The notes under the pieces were generated by a model. That model had not been told where the DNA came from and ran no database searches. It saw nothing but the letters and a program-made list of their open reading frames with translations. Source: the human T2T-CHM13v2.0 reference genome, Homo sapiens. Taken from it: a DNA stretch of 64,000 nt. The DNA lies in the NCBI RefSeq assembly GCF_009914755.1, contig NC_060947.1. One strand, given 5' to 3'. Positions 42,501 to 59,114 of this stretch are shown here, piece after piece; the stretch's first letter is position 1, and each line of letters starts with the position of its first letter. The translations under genes and the position numbers were made by a program.

Positions 42501-45500
42501 ATTTGCATAGAGGTGTTTATACTACGCTCTGATGGTAGTTTGTATTTCTATGTGGTCAGTAGTGATATCCCCTTTATCATTTTTATTGTGCCTATTTGAT
42601 TCTTCTCTCTGTTATTCTTTATTAGTCTAGCTAATGGTCTGTTTTATTAGTTGTTTTTGAAAACCTAGCTCCTGTATTCATTGAAATTTTGGTGGGTTTT
42701 TTTCATGTCTCTATCTCCTTCAGTTCTCTGATCTTAGTTATTTCTTTTCTTCTGCTAGCTTTTGGATTTGTTTGCTCTTGCTTCTCTAGTTCTTTTAATT
42801 TTGATGTTAGGGTCTCGATTTTAGATCTTTCTAGTTCTCTGATATGGGCATTTAGTGCAATAAATTTCTCTCTAAACACTGCTTTAGCTGTGTCTCAGAG
42901 ATTCTGGTACATTTTCTCTTTATTATCATTGGTTTCAAGGAACTTCTTGATTTCTGCCTTAATTTTATTATTTAGCCAGGAGTCATTCAGGAGCAGGTTT
43001 TTCAACTTCCATGTAGTTGTGTGGTTTTGAGTCAGTTTCCTAATCCTGAGTTCTAATTTGATTGTACTGTGGTCTGAGAAACTGTTTGTTATGGTTTCTG
43101 TTCTTTTGCATTTGCTGAGGAGTGTTTCACTTTTAATTGTGTGGTCGATTTTAGAATAAGTGCCATGTGGCACTGAGAAGAATGTATATTCTGTTTATTT
43201 GGGAGAGTGGAGAGTCTGTAGATGTCCATTACGTCCACTTGATCTACAGCTAAGTTCAAGTCCTGAGTATCCTTGTTAATTTTCTGTCTCATTTATCTGT
43301 CTAATGTTGACAGTGGGGTGTTAAAGTCTCCCACTATTATTGTGTGGGAGTCTACATCTCTTTGTAGGTCTCTAAGAATTTGTTTTATGAATCTGGGTGC
43401 TCCTGTATTGATCCCTTTACCATTATGTAATGCCTCTCTTTGTCTTTTTTTATCTCTGTTGATTTAAAGTCTGTTTTGTCAGAGACTAGGATTGATACCC
43501 CTGTTTATTGTTGTGTTTTTTGATTGTTTGTTTGCTTTCCAATTGTTTGGTAAACTTTCCTCCGTTCCTTTATTTTGAGCCTATGTGTGTCTTTGCACAT
43601 GAGATGGGTCTTTTGGATACAGCATACCAATAGGTCTTGACTCTTTATCCAATTTGCCAGTCTGTGTATTTTAATTAGGGCAGTTAGTGCATTTACATTT
43701 AAGGTTAATATTGTTATGTGTGAATTTAATCCTGTCATCATGATGCTGTCTAATTATTTTGCACACTATTTGATGCAGTTTCTTTATGGTGTCTTTGGTC
43801 TTTATATTTTGGTGTGTTTTTGCAGTGGCTAGTACTGGTTTTTCCTTTCCATATTTAGTACTTCCTTCAGGAGCTCTTGCAAGACAGACCTGGTGGTGAC
43901 AAAATCCCTCAGCATTTGCTTGTCTGGAAAGGATTTTGTTTCTTCTTTGCTTCTAAAGCTTAGCTTGGCTGAATATGAAATTCTGGGTCGAAAATGCTTC
44001 TTTTTTTTTTACACAATGTTGAATATTGGCCCCCACTCTCTTCTGCCTTGTAGGGTTTCTGCTGAGAGATCCGCTGTTAGTATGATGGTCTTCCCTTTGT
44101 ATGTGACCTGGCCTTTCTCTCTGGCTTTATCCTTCTCTCTATTATTTTTTATTAGTCTAGCTAGTGGTCTATCTGTTTTGTTAAATTTTTGTTAACTTTT
44201 TTCCTTCATTTTGACCTTGGAGAGTCTGATGATTATGTGTCTTGGGGCTGATCTTCTGATGGAGTATCTTAGTGGTGTTCTCTATATTTCCTTAATTTGC
44301 ATTTTGGCCTGTTTGCTAGGTTGGGGAAAATTCACCTGGATAATATCCTGAAATGTGTTTTCCAACTTGGTTCCATTCTCCCCATTTCCTTCAGGTAACC
44401 CAATCAATCATAGGTTTGGTTCCCATGTTTCTTGGAGGTTTTGCTCGTTCCTTCTTATTTTTTTATCTCTAATCTTGTCTGCATGCCTTATTTCGGTAAG
44501 ATGGTCTTCAGATTCTGATATTCTTTCTTCTGCTTGATCATTTTCGCTATTGATACTTGTGTATGTTTTGCAAAGTTTTTGTGCTGTATCTTTTAGCCCC
44601 ATCAGGTAGTTTATGTTTCTCTCTGAACTAGTTATTCTACTTAGCAGCTCCTGTAACATTTTATCAAGGTTCTTAGCTTCTTTGAATTGGGTTAGAACAT
44701 GCTCCTTTAGCTCAGTGGAGTTTGTTGTTACCCACCTTCTGAAGCCTACTTCTGTCAATTCATGCATCTCATTCTCTGTCCAGTTCTGCACCCTTGCGGG
44801 AGAGGTGGCGTGATCATTTGCAAGAGAAGAGGCACTCTGGCCTTTTCAGTTTTCAGCACTTTTCTGCTGATTTTTTCCTTATCTTCCTGTCTACTTTCAA
44901 TCTTTGAGGCTGCTGACCCTTGCATGAGGTTTTATTGGAGACTTTTTTCTTTGTTGATGTTGCTGTTGCTTTCGGTGTGTGTCGTGTTAGGGGGAAACCC
45001 ACTTGTCTGGGCTGTCCAGATGCCTCAGAAAGCCTCCTTTGGCTGGGTGATGGGGGCTCCCTTGCCCCATGTAGCACTTATTTGGGCTGCTGCACGACAC
45101 TGTTTTTCTTTCCTCTCCATAGGTCAAGCCAGCCACCCAGTCAGTCCTGATGACAGAACATGTATACCTTGGTTGCCGGTGCTGGATTCTCATGGTGTTT
45201 AGTTATTTTCAATGGGACCCTCTGGTCTCCACGTCTTCCAGTCAGCCATCTTTGTCCTGCCCACTTTAGTTTTTTGAGGAACCTTTAAACTGTTCTCCAT
45301 AGTGATTGTACTAATTTACATGCCCACCAACTAGGATTCCCTTTTCTTGACATCCTCACATGCATTTGTTATTGCCTGTCTTTTTAATATAAGCTATTTT
45401 TTTGGGGTGAGGTAACATCTCTTTGTTTTGGTTTTTATTTATCGGATTATCAATGATGTTGAACACGTTTCCATATGTCTATTTTCCAATAACGTGTCTT

Positions 45501-45507
45501 CTTTTTT

Positions 45508-47722
<2,215 letters not shown>

Positions 47723-47989
47723 ATATGTCTTCTTTTTAGAAATATCTTTTCAAATCCTTTGCCCATTTATTGATTGAATTATTAGAGTTTTTTCCTATAG
47801 AGTTATTTTAGCTCCTTATGTATTATAGCTATTAATCCTTTGTCAGAGTGGTAGTTTGTAAATAATTTCTCTAACTCTATTTGTTGTCCATTTGCTTTGT
47901 TGTGCAGAAGCTTTTTAACATGATGTGATCCCTGGAGTCTCCTTTTAAGAATATCTGCCTAAGGGCTTTTTAGCTTCTCTGTGTTCACT

Positions 47990-48480
47990 TCTAGTAACTG
48001 TAAACTCACTATCTTTTGAATCCATTCTATGTATAGACAAATATAATGGTCAGAAACTGCTTCCCTGTTTTTGGTTGAAATACACCTCTGTGTATTTCTC
48101 CTATCCATGGCTCCTAGCTGTGACTTAGGGGCAGCAAATAATACATCTATTTGTCTACTTCATCTTTCCTGTAACAAAACCTACATCTTCAGGGCTCCAG
48201 AATGAAAAATCTTTCTTTCACACATTTTCCAAGAGAACTGAGTTCCTGTCTGTTCTCCCTGCAGCTTCCTAAAAAATGCTCTAATTTATCTGTATTTATT
48301 TTAACATATGACACTCAGAAATGGAACTGAACTTGCTGATGAGATCTTGACCAGGTAATACAAGCCTATCACCTATCTCCTGCTGTCTGTACTATAGAAA
48401 TGCAGTCAGATACTATATTACCATATTGAGCTATCACGTTATACTTATGTGTAAGCTGTAATAACTGCTTAGTCATTTTT
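47990..48480 (-). mobile_element. Possible L3/CR1 fragment
   Basis: Weak resemblance to antisense CR1 (CAGAAATGGAAC...GATCTTGACCAGG...ATGCAGTC). Confidence 0.35.
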
Positions 48481-49191
48481 ATCTCTGCCTTTGTTCTCTG
48501 TCGCATCCTCCACCTCTCTCCTATCTCACATGACTAAATTCAATCCATGATGGAAATGCAGGTAACTTATTGCCCTCCTTCTAAGCCTAATCCAAGGACA
48601 GCTTGTCCAAATTCTCAGCTTAATATTTGCCCTGTGCTTACTTCAAGCAAACATCATTTTGGGGAAAGGGATCTCAAGAAGATATTTTGTCCTTCCTACA
48701 TACTCCTTTAAAATCAAGAAAAATATTACTATTATAACTGTTACAGACTACTCCAAAACCAGGATTTGAAGAGGCTATTAAATGGGGACAGATACTTTGG
48801 CTACTTTGTTCATTCATTGAAGGAAAAGGTAGTACAACACTCTCACTTGGAAGAGTCCAAGAGCTCTCACTCTCAAGAAGTGTTTATTTAAGTCTAACTG
48901 AATTTCTTTGGTTGAAATTTAAGCCAATTTCCATTTTTTTTAAAAAAAAAAGAGAGGAAGGATGTTATATTGAAAACACTCTACTCTGTCAAAGAATTCC
49001 TGAATGTTCAAGGCCAAGAACTTTTCTTTCTCTGATCATCAATTTTCTCATTTGTAAGTCAAGAAAAACAATACTTTACTCAAAGTGCTGTTGTGACCAT
49101 TCAATGATAAAGCACCAATTGAAAGGGCAGTCATCAGTGTCTGTCAAGTAACAGATGGACTCAATAGTTTTCTTAATTCTGTATCCTATAG

Positions 49192-49630
49192 TGACAGAAA
49201 TGAAACAAGAGTTTCCTGATCCCCCTCTCAGAGCATCCAACAGGGGTTTGGCTTTGCCTTTTGGGTCATCCCATCCATCTGCTTAAATCCTAGCAGGAGG
49301 GGGAATATGAAGATGGGCAGGTGCAGAGGCCAGGGCAAGAGCTCTGGGCTCCAGCCTTGTGATAGTGTCTAGGGGTGGGTGCCTGCAACCCCAGTGTTAC
49401 AAAGCTCTTTCAGCTTTACTGTCCACAGATGGCTTGAGTGTTGACCATCTCAATGCACCCTCTCCTTTTTTGCAAGTGCAGAGGGCCAGTAGAACAGCTT
49501 TCTGTATCTCGAGCTCTTTCCCAACATCCCAGAAATATTGGTCACACATGGATTTGAACAATGAATGCGAGGTTTTATTCAGTTGTGGAGGTGGCTTTCA
49601 GTGGGCTGGATGGGGAGCCGGAATGGTAGA
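49192..49630 (-). mobile_element. MER52-like ERV1 LTR fragment
   Basis: CCCCAGTGTTACAAAGCTCTTTCAGC...GGTCACACATGGATTTGAA...GGTTTTATT...GGATGGGGAGCCGGAA. Confidence 0.7.
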
Positions 49631-49999
49631 TAGGTTTGAGTTGTTAGAATTTGAGATGAAGTAGAGTATTCCCTGGATGTAGGATATTGGTAGTGAGGCT
49701 TAAGAAGAAGAGGACAGACAGGACATTCTTGCAAACTAAGCAGAGTAAATGCATCCCATTGGGCACTAGTCAATGCAGTATACAGCCCAGACAAGCTGGA
49801 GGACCTCGTGACCATTGCTAAGTGTAGAGAAAAATTGTGAGAGAGCCAGCCTGTGATAAAGTCTTTAGATTGTGGGTGGATGTTAAAATTTTAACCTCTG
49901 CTCTCAGCTTTCCACAACCACTACCATCTCTTAGATCATCATTATTTTTTCTGCAAATGTATTTGTCCTTTTGAAGCATTTATGCAATTTGTAGTTATT

Positions 50000-50160
50000 T
50001 GTTTATATGTGGATCTGTTTGTTTATTTTTTGTCTTCCCCACTGGATTGAGAGCTCTCTGAAAATAAGTGTTGGTGTTTAGCTCTTTAGCCATACTACTT
50101 AGCACAATTCCAATAACATAGTAGACTTTTCCTAAATGATTGTTGATTGAATGAATGATA
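50000..50160. mobile_element. L2 3' end
   Basis: TGTCTTCCCCACTGGATTGAGAGCTC...TAGCACAATTCC...TTGTTGATTGAATGAATGA. Confidence 0.75.
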
Positions 50161-50542
50161 TGTCTAGGGCTCCTTAAGCCCAAAGAAACCTGCAGCCCAG
50201 AGTTCTTAAAAAGAAGAGGTCTAGATCTGTAAAACAGAATGTCTGACAGAGTTACTTTCTCATGTTTATTTTCAAATGGCATTTTGACATGTATCCTTAA
50301 AAAATCACAAACCATTAAATATAAACTTTTACCTAAGACCTATATACATCAAATATCCTCACCTTATTTCTGATTCCATCTCCATCATTTAACCTTCTCA
50401 TCATTGTGTATAGAATAAAGGAAGGAGCAGAGATGAGGGGTGGAATGGAAAAATGAAATGGGATTAGGATGAAGAATGAGTAGGAGGTAGAACACGGTGA
50501 GAGTAAGGAGAAAAATAAAGGTGAAGAATGTCTTTTACAACT

Positions 50543-50966
50543 TGATATGGTTTGCATGTGTGTCCCCACCCAAATCTCATGTTTAATTTTAATCCCTAAT
50601 GTTGAAGATGGACCTTGGTCAGCAGTGATTGGATCATGGGGACAGATTTTTCATGAACGGTTTGTCACCATCCCCTTTGGTACTGTCCTCATGATACTGA
50701 GTGAGTTCTCGTTAGAACTGGTCATTTAAAAGTGTGTGACACCTCCACCCTTGCTCTCTCTTGCTCCTGCCCCTGCCATGTGAGATGTTTCACTCTCCCT
50801 TTGCCTTCCTCCACGACTGTAAGCTTCCTGAGGACTCCCCAGAAGCCAAGCAGATACCACCATCATGCTTTCTGTACAGCCTATGGAACTGTGAGAAAAT
50901 TAGTTATTGCTCTATAGGTCACCCAGTCTCAGGTTTTTTATAGCAATATTAGAGCAGACTAATACA
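50543..50966 (+). mobile_element. MST (MSTA/MSTB-like) solo LTR
   Basis: TGATATGGTTTG...CCCAAATCTCATG...GCAGACTAATACA. Confidence 0.9.
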
Positions 50967-51569
50967 CATTTACTATTTGGTAATCAACCAATAGAATTTT
51001 ATATGCTGAAAGATGCATCCAAATGTTCTGCTTTGTTGCCAGGTTAGCTTAAAGGATGATGCCTGGTCCCCTTTACCTGTGCCAGGAGACATGTTCAGAA
51101 ACCTGGGACAGGATTTGAGGGGAAAGACCTGAAGGGTAGTAAGGGAAGTATAAGCTATCATGAGTTGGTTCTTTATAGGCTTGGGATCTTTCCACAGGTT
51201 CTACTCCTTTCTGATTCTCCATAAAACTTCTTAGAGCCTGGTTGCTGCCTAAAATCAATCAGGACTTTATCCCTTTAGTTGAAATATTATTTTCTGTTAT
51301 AACACAACTCCCCACCACTGTATCACTCAACAAAATTAACATGAAAGTTTGAAAGTCCAATCCTACTTTCATATTCAAGATGAAGTATAAGTTAGTAGGA
51401 AAAGTGCTGTAATATTGTCTGAAACTTTGCTCTTGAAATCCTAGCTCCATCACTTCCTAGAGGTGGAAAGTAAATTTACCTCCATTAGCCTGGTGTCTCA
51501 TATGCAAACCGGAGTTAATAATAATCCCTTCCTCCCAGGTTGTTGTAAGAATTAATTTAAATAAAAATG

Positions 51570-51897
<328 letters not shown>

Positions 51898-54800
51898 AAA
51901 ATGTCTAAAAAGTTTGTAGCATGTCTCTAATAACAAAGTTGGTATATGTAAATATTTTAATCACCCAATGCCATCAGTAAATGTATTGGAGCCCAGATTA
52001 ATGTCATGCTTTTAAGAAGTGAGATTACACCATGAAAAAAAGGCTACATAAGTGTGTGTGGGTAAGATGAGGCCAGTAAGTAGAAAGGCATAGATGACCT
52101 GTGTAAGAGAGATAACTGGTCCAGGAGTGAGCAAAAGGGCAAAGAAACCTCATCAACCTCCAACTTTTACTTTTCATGTCACGGTTTCTTGCATGATTTC
52201 TGGACAGAAAGGAAGTGAAAGATTTGCATGGTTTTAGACCATACAGAGGTATGTCTTCTCTTGCTATTTGTAGAACTGAGCTGTGGTGTAGTTGCTATAA
52301 TTTTTCTATAGGAATTCTTTTTGGGTGCTGCACCAGTGTTCAGCTGAACTGTTCCAACATTGAAAAAATCAGGTTGGAGAGTAAAATACATAATTTTATA
52401 CATATAACACAAGGAGCCAGTTTAACTTTGATTTTTGTCTGGATGGTATTTCGATGCTGTAAGCCAAAATCCTGACTTGACTGAAAGAAAAAGCACTTGC
52501 TCAGAAGCCAATATACATGGGTTAAAATTTTACCTCTCTGAGTCAGCTTGACTTACTTCTGTTAAATGTCATCCATAAAATGGGCATAAGAAGAAATGAT
52601 CCAGCAGGCAGAGCAAGATGACAGAATAGAAGCCTCCAACAATCGTCCCTCTGGCAAGGGCAACAATATAAAAACTATTTACACAGAAAAAATATACCTT
52701 TATAAGAACCAAAAACCAGGTGAGCACTCACAGTACCTGGTTTGAACTTCATATTGCTAAAAGAGGCAATGAAGAGATACAAAAAAAGCTTCTGAATTGC
52801 CAACACTGCCCCTCCACCACACCCCCGGTAGTGGCAGCATGAAGTGGAGAACATCTCTGGGCACCAGAGGAGGGAGAGCACTGCAGTTGTGAGGCATTGA
52901 TCTCACTGCTGTCCTGTTACAGCAGAAAGAAACCCTGGACCAAACTTAAATGATACACTCCCATGGAGGCAGTATTCAAACCAGCCCTAGGTAGAGGGAA
53001 ATTGCCACAGATCATGAGTTCAAAACTTGAGTTCCCACACACCTCACCACCTAGGACTAAATTGCTTTGGGACTCCAAGTACACTTGAAAGGTAGTATAG
53101 GTCATAAGGACTGCAACTCTTAGGCAAGCCCTAGTGCTGAAATGGGCCCAGAGAAAGTGGAGTGTGGGGGTGAGAGTATATGATCTACTGATCTGGGGTG
53201 TCTAAGAAAATGCTGCCATCACCCCTACCCTAACCCTAGGCTACACAGTTTGTAGCTCCAAAAGAGACTCCATATTTCCACCCGAGGATAGGAGAGGAAA
53301 GAGTGGGGATGACTCTGTCTTGTATCTTGGATATCAGCTCTGGTACAGCAGGATAGGACACTTGTCAGAGTCATGAGGCCCCTATTCCAGGCCCTAGCTC
53401 CTGGATAGCATTTCTAAACACGGCCCAAGCCAGAAGGGAACCCACTGCCTTGAAAGGAAGGATCCATTCCTGGCATCCTTCATCAACTATTAACTGAAGA
53501 GCCTTTGGGCCCTGAATAACCAACAGTACTACCTAGGTACTACATCAAGGGCCTTGGATGATCCTTTGAGATGAACAGGATTCAGTTGAGACATAGCATA
53601 TTACCAACTGTGGTGGCTACAGGGCAAAACTTCTTCTGTTTGAGAAAAGCAGAGAGAAAAGTAAAGGGGATTTTGCCTTACACCTTAGGTACCAGCAGGG
53701 ACACAGGGGGATATAGCACCAGGCAGACTATTGGGGTCCCCGATTCCAGGACTTGACTCTGAGATGGCATTTTTAGATCTGCCATGGGCCAGAGGTGAGC
53801 CCACTTCCCTGATGGGTGAGTCCCAGGCCAGGCAGCATTCATGAAAAGCTGACATAAGAGCCATTGGGCCTTAAGGGAAAAACAGTGATAGTCTAGCATT
53901 ACTCCATGTGGCATGTGATGATAGAGACTATGGGGTAAGCCTCTTCTGCATTTGGAAATGGGAGGGAAGAATGGGAAGGACTGCATCTTGTTGTTTGAGG
54001 ACCAGATCAACTGCAGTAAAATAGAACACCAGGTAGATTTCTAGACTTCTAAGGTCTTTTATTCTAGTCCCTGACTACTGGAAGTCACCTTTGGACCCAT
54101 CCAGGGACGGGGAGAACCCACTGCCCTGAAGGGAAAGATACAGGCTTCAGTGGTTTTACCAGCAGCTAATTGTAGAGCCCCAGAGTTTTCAGCAAACATA
54201 GACAGTAGCCAGCAAATGTTTACAGTAGGCCTTGAGCAAGGTGCAGGTGCTGTGCTGGCTTCAGTTCTGACCCAGTGCAGTCATAGTGGAGGTGGCCACC
54301 AGGGTGCTTGTGTGACTTCACCCACAGATTTAAGTGGCTCAGAACAGAGACAGGATCCATTTGTTTGGGAAAAAGTAAGGGAAAAGAATAAGAGTCTCTG
54401 CCTGGTTATCCAGAGAATTATGGCGGTCATGTCCAAGATCATCAAAGTGGTACCTTTATGAGTTTTCAAGAACCATCGTGTTACTGGGCTTGGAGTGCCC
54501 CCTAAAGCAGATACAGCTTGGATAGCAACATCCAAGTCCTTTCAAATATCTAGAAAACCTTCTAAAGAAGGACAGTTACAAAAAAAAGCACAGACAGTGA
54601 AGACTAAAATAAATACCTAACTCTTCGATGTGCAGACACCAAAGAGCATCTACTAGCATCTACAACATCAAAGAAAACATGACCTCACCAAATGAACTCA
54701 ATAAAGCACCAGGGACTAATCCTGGAGAAACGGAGATATCTGACCTTTCAGACAGATAATTCAAAATAGCTGTGTTAAGGAAACTAAAAAAAAATCAAGG

Positions 54801-56770
54801 TAACACAGAGAAGAAATTCAGAATCCTCTCAGATAAATTTAACAAACTGATGGGAATAATTTAAAAGAATCAAGCAGAAATTCTCAAGATATAAATTGCA
54901 ATTGACATACTGAAGAATGAATCAAAGTCTTTTAAAGGCAAAAAGGATCAAACAGAAGAAATAATTAATGAACTTGAAAGCAGGTTATTTGAAAATACAC
55001 AGTTAAGAGGAGACAAAGAGTAAAAAGGAATGAAGCATGCCTACAAGACCAGGAAAATAGCCTCAAAAGGGCAGATCTAAGAATTATTGGCCTCATAGAA
55101 GAGGTGGAGAAAGATATAAGGAGAGATAGTTTATTCAAAGGGATAATAACAGAGATTGTCCCAAACCTAAAGAAAGATATCAATATCAAAGCATAAGATG
55201 TGTTTAGAACACCAAGCAGAAATACCCCAAAGAAGCCTAGCTTAAGGAATTTAATAACCAAAGTCCCAAAGATCAAGATCAGAGAAAGATTTCTAAAAGC
55301 AGCAAGAGAAAAGAAACAAATAACATACAATGGAGCTCTCATACACTTGGCAGCAGACTTTTCAGTGGAAACCAGATAGGCCAGGAGACAATGGCATGAA
55401 ATATTTAAAGTGCTGAAGGAAAAAGAAGAAACTTTTACTATAGAATAATATATCTTGTGAAAATATCCTTCAAACATGAAGGAGAAATAAAGACTTTCCC
55501 AGACAAATAAAAGTTTAGGGATTCTATCAACAATAGACCTTTTCTAGAAGAAATGTTAAAGGAAGTACTTCAATCAGAAAGAAAAGGACATTAAAGACCA
55601 GTAAGAAATCATCTGAAAGTACAAAACTCACTGCTAGTATTAAGTACATGGAAAATCACAAAATATTATAAGACTGTAACTGCAGTGTATGAACTACCCT
55701 TACCCTAAGTGAAAAGATTGAATGATGAACCAATCAAAAATAATAACTACAACAAATTTTCATGGCATAGTGCTATAAGATATAAATAGAAACCAAAATA
55801 GGTAGAAAGTTGGGGCAGAAAGTTGAGGCATGGAGTTTTGATTAGATTTGTTTGTTTGTTTATGCAGTGAGTGTTAAGTTGTCATCAGGTTAAAACAATG
55901 GGTTAAAAGATAGTATTTACAAGCCTCATGGTAACCGCAAACCAAAAAACATACAATGGATACACAAAAAAATAAAAAGCTAGAAACTAAATAATGTCAC
56001 TTGAAAAAACCACCTTCAGTAAAAGAAGACAAGAAGAAGCAAAAAAGAGAATACCACACACACAGACACACACACACACATCAGAAAACAAAAAAACAAA
56101 ATGGCAGCAGTAAACCCTTACTACCCAATAATAATATTGAATTTAAATGGATTAAAGTCACCAATCACAAGAAATAGAGTGGCTAAATGGAATAAGAAGA
56201 AAAAGAGGCCCATGGACCTGTTACCTACAAGAGACACACTTCACCTACAAAGACAAACATAGACTTAAAATAAAGGGATGTAAAAAGATATTCCTTGCCA
56301 ATGGAAATAAGAAAGAACAGGAATTAGTATACTTTTATCAGACAAAATAGATTTCAAAACACAAACTACATGAAGAGACAAAGCAGATAACGATATAATG
56401 ATTAAGCGGTCAATTCAGCAAGAAGATATAATAGTTTTACATATATATGAACCCAACTCTGGAGCACCCAGATATATAAAGCAATCATTATTAGGACTAA
56501 AGACAATGATAGGCTCCAATACAAAAATAGCTGGAGGCTTCAAACCTTCCATTAAAAATTGGGCAGATTCTACAGCAGAAATTCAACAACAACAAAAAAA
56601 TCAGAATTAATCTGCACTATAGACCAAATGGATCTGATAGATATTTACAGAACATTTCATCCAATGGCAGAATACACATTATTTTTTTCTCCGCACATGG
56701 ATTATTCTCAAGGATGGACCATGTTAAGTCTGAAATAAGTCTTAAAAAATTAAAAAAATTGAAATAATAT

Positions 56771-56889
56771 AAAGCATTTTATTTTATATTATTTATAAAA
56801 TATAATATAGTGATTCTTATAAATTATTTTCTTAACTGTTAAATTTATCTGATCAAATTCTGAATTTCTTCTCTGTGTATTTAAAGCAT
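56771..56889 (-). repeat. Filler inside L1 ORF2 containing an inverted 42-bp copy of 54803-54844
   Basis: 56837-56878 matches the reverse complement of 54803-54844 at 38/42; AAAGCAT on both sides (56771-56777, 56883-56889). Confidence 0.8.
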
Positions 56890-59073
56890 CACCAAAATGA
56901 AATAAAAATATAAATTAATAAAAAGAAGAAATTTGGAAATTATACAAACACATGGAAATTAAATGATATGGAATGACTAGTAGGTCAATGAAGAAATCAA
57001 GAAAGAAATTGAAAAAAAACTTGAAACAATTAATAGCAGATAGAAAACGCACCAAAACTTATGGGATACAGCAAAGGCAGTACTAAGAGGAAAGTTTATA
57101 GCTATGTGCCTACATCAAAAAGGAGAAAATACTTCTAATAAATAATTTAACAATACATCTTAAAGAAATTGAAAAGCAAGAGCAAACAAACCCAAAAGTA
57201 ACAGAAGAAAAGGAATAATAAAGATCAGGACAGAAATCAAAGAAATTGAAATGAAGAAAACAATACAAAAGATCAATGAAACAAAAAGTTGATTTTCTGA
57301 AAACTTAAACAAAATTGACAAATTTTCAGCCAGAGTAAATAAGAAGAGAGACACAAATAAATAAAATCAGAAATATAAAAGGAAACATTACACCTGACAC
57401 AGCAGATGTTCAAAGCCCCATTAGTGGTTACTGTGAGCAACTATATGCCAATAAATTGGAAAATCTAGAAGAAATGGACAAATTCCTATACATATAAAAC
57501 CTACCAAGATAAAACCATGAAGAAATCCAAAACCTCAACAGAACAATAACTCGTAACGAGATTGAAGCCTTAATAGAGATTGTTCCAGTAAAGAAAAGCC
57601 CAGGACCTAACAGCTTCACTGGTGAATTCTACCAAACATTTAAAGAACTAATACCAATTCTCCTGAAACTATTCTAAAATATGAAGGAGAAAATATTTCC
57701 AAAGACATTCTCCAAGACCAGTATTACCCTAATACCAAAACCAGACAAGCACACATCAAAAATAAAACACAGACCAATATCTGTGATGACTATTGATGCA
57801 AAAATTCTCAGCCAAATATTAGCAAAATGAATTCAACAGTACATTAGAAAGATCATTCATTATGACCAGTGAGATTAATCCCTGGGACGCAAGGATGACT
57901 CAACATACGCAAATTAATCAATGTGATACATTATATAAACAGATTGAAGAATAAAAAACATATCATTTCAATTGATGATGAAAAGGCATTTGGTAAAATT
58001 CAACATGCCTTCATGATTAAAACCCTCAAGTAACTGGGGATAGAGGGAACATACCTCAACATAATAAAAGCCATAAACAACAGGTCCAAAACTAGTATCA
58101 CACTGAATGGGGAAAAACTGAAAGACTTTCCTCTAATAGCTGACACATGACAAGGATGCCTACTTTCACCACTGTCCTTCAGCCTAAAACTGGAGGTCCT
58201 AGCTGGAGTAATCAGACAAGAGAATGAAATAAAGGGCATCCAAATGAAAAAAAAAAAGTCAAATATCCTTGTTTGCAGAAGATATGATCTTATATTTGGC
58301 AATACCTAAAGATGCCACAAAAAAAACCTATTAGAACTGAAAAAATATCAGCAAAATTGTAAGATACAAAATCATCATACAAAAATTAGTAGTATTTTTA
58401 TATGCCAACAGTAAACAATCTTAAAAAGAAATTAAAAAGTCATCCCATTTACAATATCCACACATAAATTTAAATACGTAGAAATTAACTGTAAGAGTGA
58501 AAGATCTCTACAATGAAAACTATAAAACACTGATGGAAGAAATTGAAGAAGAGGACACCAAAAAAAATCCATGTTCATGAACTGGAAGAATCAATAGTGT
58601 TAAAATGTCCCAAACGATATACCGATTCAATATAATCTCTTTCAAAATGTCAGTAATATTCTTTACAGAAATAAAAGATATCCTAGGATTTATATGAGAC
58701 CACAAAAGGCCAAGAATAGCCAAAGCTGTCTTAAGCAAAAAGAACAAAACTGAAAGAATCACATTACCTGACTTCAAATTATACTACAGATCTACAGTAA
58801 CCAAAACAGCATGGTACTGGCAATGAAAAAACAGACTCATAGAACAATAGAACAGAATAGAGAACACAGAAACTAATCCACACACTTACAGCAAACTCAT
58901 TTTTCACAAAGGTGCCAAGAATACACACTAGGCAAGAGTCTCTTACATAAATGGTTCTGGGAAAACTGGATATCCATATGCAGAAGAATGAAATTAGACC
59001 CCTATCTCTTACTGTATACAAAAATGAAATCAAAATGTATTAAAGACTTAAGCCTAAGCCCTCAATATATGAA

Positions 59074-59080
59074 ACTACTA

Positions 59081-59114
<34 letters not shown>
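59074..59114. repeat. (CTA)n trinucleotide expansion inside L1 ORF2
   Basis: Direct reading. Confidence 0.95.
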
